Made by a program: the position numbers and the translations under genes
Origin: Oikopleura dioica
Lineage: Eukaryota > Animalia > Chordata
Assembly (NCBI GenBank): GCA_907165135.1
Contig: OU015569.1
Coordinates: 2,170,001-2,234,000, forward strand
Reading direction: 5' to 3'
DNA length: 64,000 nt
Part shown: piece by piece, positions 63,100 through 64,000 of the stretch
Layout of the letters: the number at the start of each line of letters is the position of its first letter
Position numbering within the stretch: position 1 is the first letter of the stretch
Notes under the pieces: model-generated
Databases searched by the model: none
Seen by the model: the letters and a program-made list of their open reading frames with translations, nothing else
Told to the model about the DNA's origin: nothing

Positions 63100-64000
63100 A
63101 CGTTCAGGAAGCTCCTGAGAAATCCATTCACTTCCGGAGTCTTTTCTTACAAACTTCGGACACAAAAAAACGACCAAATAGTCAGATCCGTAGTTAGTGA
63201 ACAAAGAACTTTTTCCACAGGGCCATATATAAGGACAGTTCACAAATACATTCCGACTTTAGTCAATCGTTCCAGCTAAGTTCTGATTTCATGAAGATTG
63301 CTGCGAGCTTGCTTATAGGAAAAGTTGCTTATAGATAAATTATTTGAGAATGAACAAAGAGATAGAGATAGCATTAAAGCTTAACTTTGATAAGCAAGCA
63401 GTACTGCCTATCAAGGAGACGGAGAATGTAGACCTGGAGGTTTATGGTGGGCTGCGGAACAATGTGCAAACGAAGATGCCTGCTGCAGTGATCAACAGCT
63501 TTGCACAAAATATTGCGCCGAAGAAGACTTCTACGCTCATTTTGCCGAACAGAATAGATTCCTTGATTGTTATCAGTAAGATTTTTTTCTTATTAGGGAA
63601 TTTCATTTCCTTATATTTAAGGCCTGCTTGGGTTGACTTTTTGCCAAAAGAATGTCGAGAAGATCAAAACTCAGAGGATTGCTGCAGTATGCGCGGAAAC
63701 ATTTGCACAATTTTTGCACTAGGTGTCGACCAGCCAAGCACCAGTGCTATCGATCTTAATCTGTCCTTGGACGCCAATATCGAAATTAATCTCGGCCTTG
63801 GCGACTTGCTCACCATCAGCGTAAGCACCATTGTTTCTTTGATTCTTCATAAGGATTTATCTTTAGGGAGAGAAACTCAAAGATATCCTTCTTGAATTGA
63901 GAAGCGAGTGTGCTTCATACACGACTACTACCACTACAACTACCACAACAACTACGACATCCACGACGACTACTACCACAACTCCCGAGAAGATCACCAC
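63100..64000 (+). CDS. Cys-containing protein with a mucin-like poly-Thr tract, running off the window
   Basis: After an intron ending TTTAG near 63865 it reads GEKLKDILLELRSECASYTTTTTTTTTTTTTSTTTTTTTPEK. The upstream exon contains CREDQNSEDCCSMRGNIC. Confidence 0.55.

Overview
This is eukaryotic DNA from a very compact, gene-dense genome. The many 35-110 nt introns, frequent GA-AG/GC-AG introns, chordate-like proteins and closely packed same-strand genes point to the larvacean tunicate Oikopleura (inference). About 15 multi-exon genes are recognisable: an SLC12/KCC cotransporter, a BLVRB-like reductase, a CUB/TIL/trypsin protease, two RING proteins, a cytochrome P450, LIG1, an mLST8-like WD40 protein, ATP6V1H, PAXBP1/GCFC, DAXX, a ZNF385-like protein, an NHL-repeat protein and a poly-Thr protein. 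Mobile elements are a very young 5.4-kb Ty3/gypsy LTR retrotransposon and at least four DNA-transposon/MITE families. The most striking pattern is that all 8 GA-AG introns I could place confidently from protein homology have their two ends held together by a 7-16 bp inverted repeat just inside the splice sites; in one, the only mismatches are G-U-compatible. In addition, a 1000-bp hAT-like element with an 8-bp TSD sits inside a coding exon and could be removed in frame as a GG-AG intron. Together these suggest a structure-assisted and/or transposon-derived class of non-canonical introns seen at several ages. All gene models were built by eye and no database searches were run.
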